Source: Octopus sinensis (lineage: Eukaryota). Taken from it: a DNA stretch of 20,473 bases. Positions 20,125-20,473 of the stretch are shown here, piece after piece. A program made the position numbers and the translations under genes. Position 1 is the stretch's first letter. Every line of letters starts with the position of its first letter. The notes under the pieces were generated by a model, which made no database searches, was not told the origin of the DNA, and was given only the letters and a program-made list of their open reading frames with translations. Where the stretch lies: contig NW_021824001.1 in the NCBI RefSeq assembly GCF_006345805.1, positions 1 to 20,473 of the forward strand. Reading direction: 5' to 3'.

Positions 20125-20358
20125 TATTTCTTTACTACCCACAGAGGGGACTAAACACAGAGGGGACAAACAAGGACAGACAAACGAATTAAGTCAATTA
20201 TATCGACCCCAGTGCGTAACTGGTACTTAATTTATCGACCCCGAAAGGATGACAGGCAAAATCGACCTCGGCGGAATTTGAACTCAGAACGTAACAGCAG
20301 ACGAAATACCGCAAAGCATTTCGCCCGGCGTGCTAACGTTTCGGCCAGCTCGCCGCCT
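20125..20358 (-). mobile_element. SINE family B, full length
   Basis: Reverse complement of 11276-11506, including the tail tgtccttgtttgtcccctct. Confidence 0.92.
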
Positions 20359-20473
20359 TCTTTCAGTTTCTGCCTACCAAATCCACCCACAAGGCTTTTG
20401 TCAGCCCGGAGCTAAAGTAGAAAACCCTGCACAGAAGGACTGAAACTGAAACCGTGTGGTTGCAAAACAAACT
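20359..20473 (-). mobile_element. SINE family A fragment (5' portion, decayed, runs to the window edge)
   Basis: ttctttcagtttctgcctaccaaatccacccacaaggcttt matches the reverse strand of family A. Confidence 0.75.

Overview
Repeat-saturated, AT-rich eukaryotic intergenic or intronic DNA. It is very probably from an octopus (coleoid cephalopod); this is an inference from recalled Octopus-type tRNA-derived SINEs and LINE families, not from a database search. I find no intact host protein-coding gene, RNA gene or CRISPR array. Nearly all ORFs in the track are microsatellite translations or transposon fragments. Contents: (i) two SINE families, called A and B here, in more than 10 full or partial copies; (ii) three head-to-tail Helitrons at 9267-13849, the middle one carrying a decayed, internally deleted Rep/PIF1-helicase gene; (iii) mariner, Tc1-like and hAT-like deletion derivatives with TIRs and TSDs; (iv) decayed LINE pieces (R4/Dong-like RLE, CR1/L2-group, Tx1/L1, RTE); (v) many microsatellites. 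The most unusual structures are a perfect 104-bp duplication (17924-18027 = 19020-19123) fused to the 5' end of a CR1-type insertion inside an RTE>Tc1 nest, a degenerate TTAGGG array bracketed by inverted repeats (2391-2714), a 283-bp foldback (612-894), and the tandem/composite Helitron array. The sequence alone does not support a new biological system. These are transposon-mechanism and DNA-structure observations that need comparative checks.
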